Below are positions 48,620 to 58,664 of a stretch of 64,000 nt of DNA, in pieces. The notes under the pieces were generated by a model that was not told the origin of the DNA, did not search any database, and worked only from the letters and a program-made list of their open reading frames with translations. The stretch spans positions 27,731 to 91,730 of the forward strand of contig JANPIZ010000001.1 in the NCBI GenBank assembly GCA_031425235.1, read 5' to 3'. The DNA comes from Candidatus Nomurabacteria bacterium. GTDB taxonomy: Bacteria > Patescibacteriota > Minisyncoccia > Phycocordibacterales > UBA9973. A program made the position numbers and the translations under genes. Within the stretch, counting starts at the first letter, position 1. Each line of letters begins with the position of its first letter.

Positions 48620-50038
48620 TTATTTATTACCTCCATTAGTCCAACCAAAAAGTTTTCCTATTGCCTCTGCACTTTCCCGTTTGCGAGCAATGGTAATTGC
48701 TCCGTCTTGAACAATTATTTTCATAGGCGCCGAAAGTAGGCAGTGATGTGATGCCAAGCCGTCTTGATATGCGCCTGTGTCAAAAATTGCTACGAGTTGA
48801 TTATCTTTGTCAGCATGAAGCTTAGGCATTAAGATATAGTTCCCTCCGGCTGTGTATTTGTCATCAGAGTCACAGGTACTTCCTGCAAACCAGGTGGTTT
48901 TGAGCGGGCTATGCATATTGTTTGCCGGAATCACATGATATTTTTGGTGGATAGCCCATGTATCTTTTAAATCATTCATAAAACTACCGTCCACAATATA
49001 CCAAGATTTAGCGTTAGCTTTTGGAATAGCTTTTTCTGACATCACAGAATATAAGGTAATCTGAGCAGGGGCTACTACATACTGCCCCCATTCTACGATG
49101 ATGTTTGGGTGCTTGATGCCGGATTTATCAGAAAGATTTTTCAAAATTTTTACTATTTGGCTCGATACGCCCTTCGCGGTATAAAACTTTTTCTTTTCAT
49201 ATGGAATACCAAAACCTCCCCCTATGTCTAATGTGTCTAAGTTTGGATGTTTCTGTTGTAATTCCCTATAGATAGAAAAAGCGTGTTTGATGCCGTCAAA
49301 AATACTTTTCTGGGTTTTGATCTGTGAACCCATATGATAGTGCATGATTTTTAAATTTTTCATTTTACTTAGATCCAGCACATCTTTCTCCGACAATCCG
49401 AATCGATCAAACTTTTTATCCCAATGTGAATCAGCTTTAACATTAAGATCAACACGTACGCCGATGTCGCCTTTGTATTTTGATAACCGCTCTACTTCAT
49501 CCATTGATTCAATAATAGGTACAATATTCATTCCCTTGCCACGAAGTTCTTCGATAAGGTCGAGATATTGGTCTGTCTTCGGCCCATTGCAAAGCACGCG
49601 GATTTTGCTGTTGAATTTTTCACCTTCCCAAAGTTTTTTAACGATCCAAAGTTCATTAGCGGAAGTGGACTCTAGGTTTGCTCCTTCGGAAATAAGTGGA
49701 AGTATAAACTCCTTATTTTGATTTACCTTCATCGGATAGTGATAGAAGAATTTACCTTTGTATCCGTATATTTTTATGTATGCCTGAAAATATCCGATCA
49801 AATCCTTGAGTCGGTCTTCGATAATAAATGGAAACACGATCTGAAGTGGTGTACCGTATTTTTTAGCAATATCTCGCAAGTTGTATACATGATGCCCTTC
49901 CGTAGCAATAAGCTCTGCATCCTTGTTTACGTCGAAAAACTGAGTGTTGAATTCATCAACCCCAAGTTTCCAAAATTTCCTCCAGTTCTTCCCTGGTTTT
50001 TTTACCTTCTTTATTTTTTTTATCTTTTTTGGTTCCAT
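48620..50038 (-). CDS. speA: PLP-dependent arginine decarboxylase-like (Orn/DAP/Arg decarboxylase, fold III)
   Basis: YPMKVNQ, CNGPK, HYHMGSQ, DIGGG, TCDSDD, GAYQ. Confidence 0.8.
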   Translation of the reverse strand: MEPKKIKKIKKVKKPGKNWRKFWKLGVDEFNTQFFDVNKDAELIATEGHHVYNLRDIAKKYGTPLQIVFPFIIEDRLKDLIGYFQAYIKIYGYKGKFFYHYPMKVNQNKEFILPLISEGANLESTSANELWIVKKLWEGEKFNSKIRVLCNGPKTDQYLDLIEELRGKGMNIVPIIESMDEVERLSKYKGDIGVRVDLNVKADSHWDKKFDRFGLSEKDVLDLSKMKNLKIMHYHMGSQIKTQKSIFDGIKHAFSIYRELQQKHPNLDTLDIGGGFGIPYEKKKFYTAKGVSSQIVKILKNLSDKSGIKHPNIIVEWGQYVVAPAQITLYSVMSEKAIPKANAKSWYIVDGSFMNDLKDTWAIHQKYHVIPANNMHSPLKTTWFAGSTCDSDDKYTAGGNYILMPKLHADKDNQLVAIFDTGAYQDGLASHHCLLSAPMKIIVQDGAITIARKRESAEAIGKLFGWTNGGNK

Positions 50039-50196
50039 ATTTTCTATTATTATTTCTGCCTTTTAAATGTAAAATAGTATATCAACCTCACAAAATAACA
50101 CAATGGTTTTTAGGGTAAAACCCCAACTTCTAGCACCTTATATATTCTCTCCATTATACACCTAAAATGTGCATTTGTCAATCAGTACGTATAGGT

Positions 50197-51106
50197 CCAA
50201 TAGCTTGGCACCACTTGGTGGAATATCATCAAGTATATGCCATACACAACAAACAAGAATATGCCTAAGATTAGAAGAGAAGCAGCTCGACTAGTTAAAC
50301 GTGGTTGGAGTGCAAGAAAAGTGGGTCGATATCTAGGTTTTCATCATACAGCAGTAATGGAGTGGGTTAGAAGAAGTAGAATCATTGGAGATCATCCCAT
50401 ACCCACAAAATCTTCCAAACCGAAGTCACATCCGAAACAATTGAAAGAGAAAGTAGTAAACAAGATCGTAAAGAAAAGACTGGAGCACAACAGATATGCA
50501 GAAGCAGTGCATCGAGAACTTTTAAATGATGGAATCAAAGTTTCCTTGTCATCAGTAAAGAGAACTTTAGAAAGAAAGTATCTGATCAAGAAACGAAGTC
50601 CATGGAAACGATACCATCCACCAGTAGATCGCCCATATCCCCTGAAATCAGGTGATTTAGTAGAGATTGATGCCATTCATCGCATGACAGGTAAAAAGAC
50701 AAGATTGTACGTGCTTGTACTAATTGATGTCTACTCACGTTGGATATATGCCAGAGCTTACGAACGCTTGAATGCAGCTACTGCAGTTCAGTTCGTAGCT
50801 CTAGCACAAAAACATGCACCATTTAAATTCGATATGCTACAGAGTGATCATGGACCTGAATTTGGAAAATGGTTTGTGTCTAGAATTCAAAAGAAACATA
50901 GGTATACCAGAATTGGTAAACCGAACGACAATGCACACATTGAAAGAGTGAACAGAACAATTCAGGAAGAATGTTTAGATCATTTACCTAATGATGTGAA
51001 GAAGATTAATTGCGAATTGAAAAAGTATTTGCAATACTACAATTACAAACGAGTCCACGGAGGAATTAATTACTTAATTCCTATGCAGGTGGTGTGAAGC
51101 TATTGG
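50197..51106 (+). mobile_element. IS481-family-like insertion sequence
   Basis: Terminal inverted repeats CCAATAGCTTGGCACCACTTG (50197-50217) / CAGGTGGTGTGAAGCTATTGG (51086-51106), 18/21 match; may extend to CGTAT..ATACG (50188/51116). Confidence 0.85.
50237..51097 (+). CDS. DDE (rve integrase core) transposase
   Basis: N-terminal HTH; EIDA, IDVYSR, QSDHGPEF, NAHIERVNRTIQEE, YYNYKRVHGGI. Confidence 0.93.
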   Translation: MPYTTNKNMPKIRREAARLVKRGWSARKVGRYLGFHHTAVMEWVRRSRIIGDHPIPTKSSKPKSHPKQLKEKVVNKIVKKRLEHNRYAEAVHRELLNDGIKVSLSSVKRTLERKYLIKKRSPWKRYHPPVDRPYPLKSGDLVEIDAIHRMTGKKTRLYVLVLIDVYSRWIYARAYERLNAATAVQFVALAQKHAPFKFDMLQSDHGPEFGKWFVSRIQKKHRYTRIGKPNDNAHIERVNRTIQEECLDHLPNDVKKINCELKKYLQYYNYKRVHGGINYLIPMQVV

Positions 51107-51148
51107 TTAGGATACGGTGGAGGTTTTTTAATCTAGATTCTATTTAAT

Positions 51149-51622
51149 TTATCGAGTTAAACAAAATTCTGCACTTCCAGGAATAGCATCCTCGTCGTGA
51201 AGGGGAGCACAAACCGTATAACGACTATCTTCATATTCAATAGTGTATTTAGTGTCAGTTGCACTACCTCCTTCCGGGTCAAAAGGTATAGTTGCTGGAA
51301 TGTAATCAGGTGTTAGACAATCTAAATCAACCATACCTGAACCAGTACCAATAGTTAAGGGAGTAGTACCAGGAACAGTTCCTACACCAGAACAGTTAGA
51401 AGCTGACATTGGAACACCTTTGTTGTCTACTGCGTGTTGTCCAATAGCGTTCAAAATTGTGTTTACGTTTGACTCACGTTGAGTATTACGAGCTTGCGCA
51501 AATTGCTTAGCTGGATTGATCGCGATAATTACGATTGTTGCCAAGATAGCAATGATACCAATCACAACCAAGATTTCAATAAGAGTGAAACCTTTATTAT
51601 TTACGTTTTTTAAATTTTTCAT
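51149..51622 (-). CDS. Type IV major pilin
   Basis: KG|FTLIEILVVIGIIAIL...NPAKQFAQARNTQR; paired Cys. Confidence 0.92.
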   Translation of the reverse strand: MKNLKNVNNKGFTLIEILVVIGIIAILATIVIIAINPAKQFAQARNTQRESNVNTILNAIGQHAVDNKGVPMSASNCSGVGTVPGTTPLTIGTGSGMVDLDCLTPDYIPATIPFDPEGGSATDTKYTIEYEDSRYTVCAPLHDEDAIPGSAEFCLTR

Positions 51623-51753
51623 ATTTTTACTTATTAATAATGTATCCGCTTTCGCGAAAAATGCTTATAATTTCGACATATTTATTATTATATAATATAT
51701 TTTTTACTCTACTACGTAAAACCAAAATTGTAAGGACTGGCTGTTAATTTGGC

Positions 51754-52149
51754 TTAAATTTCATCCCAAGAATTAACAGCGAGCGTGGTAGTATTTATTG
51801 TTATTTGTAATTTTGTAATATAATTTTTAAAATCAGCTTTAGTTAGGATGGTTTTAGTTGTACTGCCGGTAATAGAAATTATTGTACAACTATCAGCCCC
51901 GATAGTTACAACTTCGTTCGTTGGGCTGTAGGATGGATTGTTGGCTAATTTTAATATTGCGGTATCCGCGCAGCCTTCGGCTAAACTCAAACTACGTTCT
52001 TTTAGTTCTGAATCTAAAATGTTGAACCGACTATAAAATCCAGTTAAGCTTACATTCGTTACTATAAGTAAAAGAATTACAGAAATAATAATTGCGGATA
52101 TTAGAGCAACGAATCCAGTATTTTTTTTTATTTTTTCACTTTGATTCAT
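51754..52149 (-). CDS. PilX/GspK-like minor pilin
   Basis: TG|FVALIS (no E5), SLAEGCAD, ends WDEI. Confidence 0.8.
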   Translation of the reverse strand: MNQSEKIKKNTGFVALISAIIISVILLLIVTNVSLTGFYSRFNILDSELKERSLSLAEGCADTAILKLANNPSYSPTNEVVTIGADSCTIISITGSTTKTILTKADFKNYITKLQITINTTTLAVNSWDEI

Positions 52150-52150
52150 C

Positions 52151-52630
52151 TTATTTACGAATATATTTAGTGACATTAAAATCAAGGCCGTCTATCGTAG
52201 CTATCGCTGTAACCCCCGAGGGAGTGCCGGCTATGTTGATAAATTTAAGACAGCTCACCACAACATTCGAAGTAGTAATAGGGTAGAAGACACCTCCATT
52301 CTTCCCAATCTCAATATATCTAACCCCACTTATAACATTCAATCTTAGCACTACAGGAGTTATAGAAGTGTCACTTTTTACGATCGATAAACTTTGATTA
52401 CAGCCTGAGCCAGTAATAATAGGAGCACTCCCTAAGTTTATACTCGTAAGCGCCCAGTTGAATTTTTTCATAACAAAATTTCCTTCTTCTTGAGTAGTAT
52501 TTTTTGTACTTAATTTACCGGAGCCATCAATAAGTTGAAAACATGCGACAAAAGCAGTTCCGAGCAACAGAGAAAAAAGACCTATATAAATGATAACTTC
52601 TATGAGTGTGAAGCCTGTATTTTTTTTCAT
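52151..52630 (-). CDS. PilW/GspJ-like minor pilin
   Basis: TG|FTLIEVIIYIGL. Confidence 0.85.
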   Translation of the reverse strand: MKKNTGFTLIEVIIYIGLFSLLLGTAFVACFQLIDGSGKLSTKNTTQEEGNFVMKKFNWALTSINLGSAPIITGSGCNQSLSIVKSDTSITPVVLRLNVISGVRYIEIGKNGGVFYPITTSNVVVSCLKFINIAGTPSGVTAIATIDGLDFNVTKYIRK

Positions 52631-54165
52631 TAGCTTGAAGTGATCACTGATATATATCCCTTATTATTTGAACTTTCAGAACCAATGTACATATAATTAC
52701 CCTCACAATCACTACTGGTGCCCTGAAGCCCGCCGCCGCTTCCCGGAGGAAGCGTAAGAGGGCTTGCGTATTCAGTAATATTACTTGGATTAGCAATATT
52801 CCATATCTGAAATTGTCCATTTGAAGTAATTAAAAATGCTAAATAATTTCTAATCGTAATACCATTTATACTGCTTGCTGAATTCATGCCTCCTATCTCA
52901 GGGAGGGCAGTGTTTGAATTCGAATTATTTAAAATATGAAAGTCATTCCCTGTGTTCGGTACAGTTTTTCCAAGATAAAGCTTGTCGCCAACTAAATACA
53001 TACTTTTACCATTACCAGCTCCACTTGATGCATTAAAACTACCTGCCGCTGTCGGGTTTGATAAATTTGAAATATTGTAAATTTTTAATTCTTGACTATT
53101 TGGAGATGCAATATACACATAATTATTCCTTACAAAAATATTATTTATTCCATTACCTATCTCAATACTTGATAACACAATAGGGTTCGTAGGTGTGCCG
53201 CTACCATTTCCTCCTACATCTATAATAAAAAACTCTTTACCGCTCGTCGCATTAGCTAGACCAAGATATACTATCCCATTTTTATAAAAAACACTTGTTC
53301 CATTTGCTAATTTGTTACCAGTTGTAAAGCTGTTAATTTTAAAGTTTTTTGCAATAAATGGATTTGCGGAGTTACTCATATTAATGACTTGTAATTGTGC
53401 ACAATTATGACTTTCAGTACACGCTTGTGGTGAACTATCATAGGCATTTGCAACATATGCATATTGTTGACCATCTACTGCAACAGCAACGAGGCCTTCA
53501 CTAATGGTTCCTGGGCTATTGTCTAATTTCCCAAGCACATCACTCGGGGTTAAAACAGGGTCTGCGATATTTACAATAAAAAAAGTTTCGTCATTATTTC
53601 CATTATTATTGTTCACCGTCACATACATTTTTTTATTAAATACCTGAATCGATCTAATAGGGAAGCCACTTGAATTATCATTTAATAAATCATTACCAAA
53701 TTCATATTCAGTTTTTTGTGGATGGGTCCAATCACCAGTAAGTACAGAGCTACACGTATCGCCACCATTCACTGCGTCTTTATTTGTCAGAAGGGTAGAG
53801 AACACAGTAGACAAAGTTCTGCCTGCTGTTTGCCAGCTCACTGTCGAAGTAACTTTTTTAGTAAAGAGATCAGTTTGGATAACGTCGAGTGCTTTTGTAT
53901 ACGTAAGCCCTGCGCTTGTTTCTGTTGTAGTCGACGAATTTACTAACCCAAAATCAAACCTCGAATCAGCGCGCGCTTTTTCTAGTATTGCCTGACCTTT
54001 TGAAATTGCTTCGTTATTTGTCTGTGTATCAATAGCTAAAGATTGATTACTGAATACAACGAGGATTACAGCACCCATCGACAAAATGAGCACCGCAAAA
54101 GCTATGAGTATTTCTAAGGTTGCAAAGCCTCGTATGTGTTTTTTACCAATTAATTGTACCTTCAT
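52630..54165 (-). CDS. PilV-like minor pilin fused to an LVIVD-repeat beta-propeller
   Basis: RG|FATLEILIA; KKVTSTVSW; repeats LQVINMSNSANP, LKIYNISNLSNP, FQIWNIANPSN. Confidence 0.85.
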   Translation of the reverse strand: MKVQLIGKKHIRGFATLEILIAFAVLILSMGAVILVVFSNQSLAIDTQTNNEAISKGQAILEKARADSRFDFGLVNSSTTTETSAGLTYTKALDVIQTDLFTKKVTSTVSWQTAGRTLSTVFSTLLTNKDAVNGGDTCSSVLTGDWTHPQKTEYEFGNDLLNDNSSGFPIRSIQVFNKKMYVTVNNNNGNNDETFFIVNIADPVLTPSDVLGKLDNSPGTISEGLVAVAVDGQQYAYVANAYDSSPQACTESHNCAQLQVINMSNSANPFIAKNFKINSFTTGNKLANGTSVFYKNGIVYLGLANATSGKEFFIIDVGGNGSGTPTNPIVLSSIEIGNGINNIFVRNNYVYIASPNSQELKIYNISNLSNPTAAGSFNASSGAGNGKSMYLVGDKLYLGKTVPNTGNDFHILNNSNSNTALPEIGGMNSASSINGITIRNYLAFLITSNGQFQIWNIANPSNITEYASPLTLPPGSGGGLQGTSSDCEGNYMYIGSESSNNKGYISVITSS

Positions 54166-54562
54166 TGTTTATCATTATATCGTCTGATTTTATACCGTCG
54201 GTAATGTGTATAGTGGCCCCTGTTGTCGTTCCTGAAAGCCTATTGAAAACAATGGCAGGAAACAGGGTGCCTCCGTTAGAAGAGATGTCGGTATTAGCAG
54301 GAATGGAGTCACCAGTGGTGCACGTGTTTCCTTTGAAAATCACGTAGTTTGGAGCTATGTAACACACGCCGTGATTAGTGTCATATATATTACTCATAGC
54401 CCGACTACGAGCTTTTTGCAATATGGATACTATTTTTGCTTCTTCTGTTTGAAATGTATCCCGCCTGAAAGCACTCAAATCCGTCACGACTCCAAAACCT
54501 ATGACCACTGCCACAACGCCGATCACAACTATTATTTCAATTAAGCTAAAACCTTTATTCAT
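54143..54562 (-). CDS. FimT/GspH-like minor pilin
   Basis: KG|FSLIEII...LQKARSRAM...FNRLSG...INNEGTINW. Confidence 0.85.
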   Translation of the reverse strand: MNKGFSLIEIIVVIGVVAVVIGFGVVTDLSAFRRDTFQTEEAKIVSILQKARSRAMSNIYDTNHGVCYIAPNYVIFKGNTCTTGDSIPANTDISSNGGTLFPAIVFNRLSGTTTGATIHITDGIKSDDIMINNEGTINW

Positions 54563-54566
54563 AATT

Positions 54567-55688
54567 TTACTTTGGTGTTAGGTTTTGAGTAATACCATAG
54601 ATAGGAGTAATAATAGCGATAGCGATAAATCCGACGAGAATACCCATTATAATCATCAATATTGGTTCAACCATGCTCGAAAGGTTCTTCGTAAAATCAT
54701 CGATCTCCGCTTCATACATTTCAGAAAGATACATAAGCGAGTTGGATAAATTTCCGCTATGTTCACCGACCGACACTATCTGCGATACAATATCTGGGAA
54801 AAATTCGCGATTCTTGCTCAAGTGAGTAGATATTTTTGCACCGCGATTTACTACAGCGGCCAAGGCATGGTATTCCTTTTGATATACAAGGTTAGGCGTT
54901 GTACGTACACATATCGGTAACGCTTCACCCATAGTTACACCACTTTTGAGAAGTAATCCGAGTGTGCGAGTAAAGTTTGCGATATTATAGTCAATAGTAA
55001 TTTTCCCAATGATTGGTATTTTTAAAATAAAACGATCAAAATAAAATGCACATGTTTTACTTTTCTTTAAAGTAATTAAAAAAGCAACTAGTAAAACTAC
55101 TAAGCCTGCAAACGCGACAAGTCCCCAATTGGTAACAAATCCACTCATAGCGATAACAATTCGAGTAGAAAGTGGAAGATCATAATTCAAACTTGAGAAT
55201 ACGGGTAATATTTTTGGAAAAAGGAATACCATCAAGAATGCCACGATGCCCACAGTAGCGATGCTGACAATGATAGGGTACACCGAAGCACTGATTATTT
55301 TTTTACGAAGAGCTTGTTTTTTCTTTAACTCGTCAGCGATATATTCTAGATTTTCGGAAAGAATACCTGTTTGTTCCCCAAAACCGATTATATTGATAGT
55401 AAATTCACCAAATGTATTTTTAAATTTACTTAAACTTGTTGATAGGTTTTGACCGTTCGAAACATTCGTAATGACAGTATCTAAAATACGAATATATGTT
55501 TTCTTGCGTGTTTGCTCGCGAATCATTACGAGCGATTCACGCATCGGTATACCTGCTTTAATAAGAAAGGAAAGTCTTTTGACGAAAAAAGTTTGGTCTT
55601 TAACTGACAGACGCATCCGAGTGGACGAGATGGTTTGCAGCGATTCCATCAATGACTTTTTATTTTTTTCTTTTGTGTGTTCGGCCAT
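54567..55688 (-). CDS. pilC: Type IV pilus/T2SS platform protein (PilC/GspF)
   Basis: Two T2SSF domains: LIKAGIP...GEQTG...YP; LLKSGV...GEHSG...EP. Confidence 0.93.
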   Translation of the reverse strand: MAEHTKEKNKKSLMESLQTISSTRMRLSVKDQTFFVKRLSFLIKAGIPMRESLVMIREQTRKKTYIRILDTVITNVSNGQNLSTSLSKFKNTFGEFTINIIGFGEQTGILSENLEYIADELKKKQALRKKIISASVYPIIVSIATVGIVAFLMVFLFPKILPVFSSLNYDLPLSTRIVIAMSGFVTNWGLVAFAGLVVLLVAFLITLKKSKTCAFYFDRFILKIPIIGKITIDYNIANFTRTLGLLLKSGVTMGEALPICVRTTPNLVYQKEYHALAAVVNRGAKISTHLSKNREFFPDIVSQIVSVGEHSGNLSNSLMYLSEMYEAEIDDFTKNLSSMVEPILMIIMGILVGFIAIAIITPIYGITQNLTPK

Positions 55689-55693
55689 GGGTA

Positions 55694-56953
55694 TTATTCA
55701 TGGATAACTCGTAGTACCTCTTCGACAGTGGTAAGTCCCTCTTTTACTTTATTAAATCCATCTTCGAACATTGTAGTCATTCCATTTTTAATAGCTATTT
55801 TTTTGATTTCTGCTGCAGATGCCCGACGGAGTATCGCGTCTTTGATTTCTGTATCAGCTACTAAGACTTCATTTATACACACACGCCCTCGATACCCACT
55901 GTTATTGCATTTTTCGCAACCATTACCTTTATATACAAATTCATTATTCACAAGCAAATTCGCGTATGGAGTTTTCGCAAGAGCTTCTTTCATGGCATGA
56001 GTAATGACTATTTTCTCTTTACAGTCAGCACAAATTTTTCGCACAAGTCGCTGTCCGATAGCTATAGACACAGTCGAAGCCACAAGATATTCTTCAATCC
56101 CCATGTCGAGCAAGCGAGGCAAGGTAGTGGCCGCATCGTTGGTATGAAGTGTAGAAAGGAGTAGGTGACCAGTAAGTGCAGTATTCACGGCGATGCTTGC
56201 TGTCTCAGCGTCGCGGATTTCACCAACCATGATAATATTTGGATCTTGTCTCAAAATACTACGTAAGCCATTTGCAAATGTAAGACCATGCCGGGCATTT
56301 ACTTGTATTTGCTCAATGTCATCTACCGCGTATTCAATCGGGTCTTCAATGGTCAGAATAGAAACCTCGGGCGAATTTAACATTTTAATAAGAGTGTACA
56401 TAGTTGTGGTTTTACCACTACCTGTTGGGCCAGTTGAGAGGATCATTCCATTTGTTTTTCGCATGGCATCTTCTATTTTCTTTCTGTCAGTTTCACTAAA
56501 GCCAAGGTCGCCGAGTGTCGACTTTTCGTTTTTATCCGAAAGCAAACGAAGCACCGCATTTTCACCATGGTAGGTCGGCACTATTGATACACGAAAATCG
56601 ATAAATTTAGACTGGGAAGGATTTTGTTGTAATGCCTCTTCGGAAAATGCATATCTAAAGCGGCCATCCTGAGTAGCCTGATGTTCATCGGTGCGAAGTT
56701 TGGATAATATTTTTATTCGAGCGATAACTTCGTTATTTATTTCTTTAGGAAATGTGTACGCATCAGTAAGCACTCCATCAATACGAAAACGAACTCGGAC
56801 ACCTTTTACAAGTGGATCAATGTGAATATCAGAAGCACGACTTTGAAATGCTTTTTCAATTAAATTATCAAAGAGGGCGATAATAGATATCTCAGCACCA
56901 CGAGCGAGTTCTTCTTCAACTTTGTCTATTTTTTTGTTCGGAGGTGTGTCCAC
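55694..56953 (-). CDS. pilB: Pilus assembly ATPase (PilB/GspE), short form
   Basis: ASDIHID, GPTGSGKT, TIEDPIE, LRQDP...GEIRD, TGHL..STLHTN, CxxC..CxxC; GTG start. Confidence 0.95.
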   Translation of the reverse strand: MDTPPNKKIDKVEEELARGAEISIIALFDNLIEKAFQSRASDIHIDPLVKGVRVRFRIDGVLTDAYTFPKEINNEVIARIKILSKLRTDEHQATQDGRFRYAFSEEALQQNPSQSKFIDFRVSIVPTYHGENAVLRLLSDKNEKSTLGDLGFSETDRKKIEDAMRKTNGMILSTGPTGSGKTTTMYTLIKMLNSPEVSILTIEDPIEYAVDDIEQIQVNARHGLTFANGLRSILRQDPNIIMVGEIRDAETASIAVNTALTGHLLLSTLHTNDAATTLPRLLDMGIEEYLVASTVSIAIGQRLVRKICADCKEKIVITHAMKEALAKTPYANLLVNNEFVYKGNGCEKCNNSGYRGRVCINEVLVADTEIKDAILRRASAAEIKKIAIKNGMTTMFEDGFNKVKEGLTTVEEVLRVIHE

Positions 56954-57119
56954 GAGAGTATAGATATTTTTAATGTCTCAGAAATTACTTACAAAAACTA
57001 TACTACAAAAAATTCTTTTTGACAACATGAATTGACAAAAAGGTCAAATTAACGTAAAGTCTTTTACGGATACGGCTAAGAGCCGTATTTTTCAATTAAG
57101 AAATTTGGGAGATAGAAAA

Positions 57120-58025
57120 ATGAAAAATAGTAAATTAATGAGCGCAATGGCGTTCATTTTCGTTCTTTTAACAATGACAGCTTTGTCGGCAACAACGGCA
57201 GCGGCACAGACCACAGTTGTCGTAACTGGCAACACTTCAACGGCGGAAAACGTTCCGGGTTGGTATTTTAGCCGAGACACGGCGAATGCCACTCCATACA
57301 CGTTCACAAATCGGTTCAACAGCATCGGCAACGGGAGTCTTTTTACCGGCGTTATCAGTACGGCGGCGGCAAAGAAATTCATCGGCGAGCATTTCATCAA
57401 CGTAGCGATATCGACGGTTAACAGTATTTCCGGCGATTTCAAGATCGCAGGGAACGGAACAGCAGCCTCTGCTAACCAGTTCTATTTAAACGTATATGCA
57501 AACTTCGGCGAATCGGACGACCTCAAATTCTACGACTGTAGATACGACGTTATTGCAACGACAGGAAGTACGTCCGGATTCTCCACGCTCACGTTTGATC
57601 CGACGCTACCTTATTCGGTCACTACAAGAGGCGGGGCTTCTGCATCGCCATACCCGTGTCCTTCCATACCGGCAGATATGAACTCGCTTAGTGCTGGTTC
57701 GAACATTCGAGCTTACAGCCTAAACACGGGCGATACGAGTTTGAATGACGCCGGTTTAGCTGGCTACTGGGATAATGTGGTGACGGATCTCGACTCCGGC
57801 GTGACGATTTACGATTTCGAAATGTCGGCATCCAAATGCAAAAACGGGGGATGGTCAACAATGACTGGGTCCGACGGCAACCCGTATATTAACCAGGGTG
57901 ACTGCGTTTCCGACACAGTTCGGGATCGCTCATTCTCAGTTTTGTTTATACAAACTATTCGTTTGGCGAACAATAACCGCCAAGCTAATTTAAACAACAA
58001 AATAAATCGAGAACTAATTTATTAG
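57120..58025 (+). CDS. Secreted beta-sandwich protein with CKNGGW..NQG.CVS motif
   Basis: Signal peptide ending AAA-Q; visibly more GC-rich than neighbours; upstream TTGACA-17-TAAAGT promoter. Confidence 0.8.
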   Translation: MKNSKLMSAMAFIFVLLTMTALSATTAAAQTTVVVTGNTSTAENVPGWYFSRDTANATPYTFTNRFNSIGNGSLFTGVISTAAAKKFIGEHFINVAISTVNSISGDFKIAGNGTAASANQFYLNVYANFGESDDLKFYDCRYDVIATTGSTSGFSTLTFDPTLPYSVTTRGGASASPYPCPSIPADMNSLSAGSNIRAYSLNTGDTSLNDAGLAGYWDNVVTDLDSGVTIYDFEMSASKCKNGGWSTMTGSDGNPYINQGDCVSDTVRDRSFSVLFIQTIRLANNNRQANLNNKINRELIY

Positions 58026-58037
58026 AACTCACATTCC

Positions 58038-58078
58038 ATGCGGAATTTTCGAAAAGAAAATTCCGCATCGCTTTTTTT
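58038..58078 (+). terminator. Intrinsic terminator
   Basis: ATGCGGAATTTTC-GAAAA-GAAAATTCCGCAT then T-run. Confidence 0.8.
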
Positions 58079-58197
58079 ACTCGAATTTTCATACATTAAA
58101 AATGTAACTAACATAGTGAAAGAAAACTCACTTATGTTCGTCTTATATTAATAGATGAACTTTAAAGTTTTTTTATTAATTTAATTATAAAAAATAT

Positions 58198-58452
58198 ATG
58201 GAAATAATACTTTGGATTGTGTTTGGTGCGCTCGTAGGGTGGGTAGCTTCTCTCATCATGAAAACTGATGCGGAGCAAGGTGCTTTTCTTAACATAATAG
58301 TCGGGGTAGTCGGCGCTGTAATCGGTGGCTGGATTATGAGCAGTTTAGGTGGAGGTGCGGTAACTGGTTTTAATATAACTAGTTTTGTCGTAGCCCTTGT
58401 TGGTGCCATCATCCTAATATTTCTTGTTAAGGTACTACGTCGCACTACATAA
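58198..58452 (+). CDS. GlsB/YeaQ/YmgE (transglycosylase-associated) membrane protein
   Basis: WIVFGALVGWVASLIM...NIIVGVVGAVIGG...SFVVALVGAIIL. Confidence 0.92.
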   Translation: MEIILWIVFGALVGWVASLIMKTDAEQGAFLNIIVGVVGAVIGGWIMSSLGGGAVTGFNITSFVVALVGAIILIFLVKVLRRTT

Positions 58453-58475
58453 AAATTTATTAGGGATTAGAACAT

Positions 58476-58509
58476 CAAAAAAACTTCGCAGTACTGCGAA
58501 GTTTTTTTG
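58476..58509 (+). terminator. Intrinsic terminator
   Basis: CAAAAAAACTTCGCA-GTAC-TGCGAAGTTTTTTTG. Confidence 0.88.
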
Positions 58510-58664
58510 TTTGACAAAATTTTTCATCAATTTCCTAAAAATATTCATGCAATATTCCGTGGCCTCATGCGTCTACTATATTACAGGTCCATTTGAGTCG
58601 ATCATTGGATTTGTAACAAAATTATTATTAATAAAAACATTATTACATTAACCTAAACAAAATT

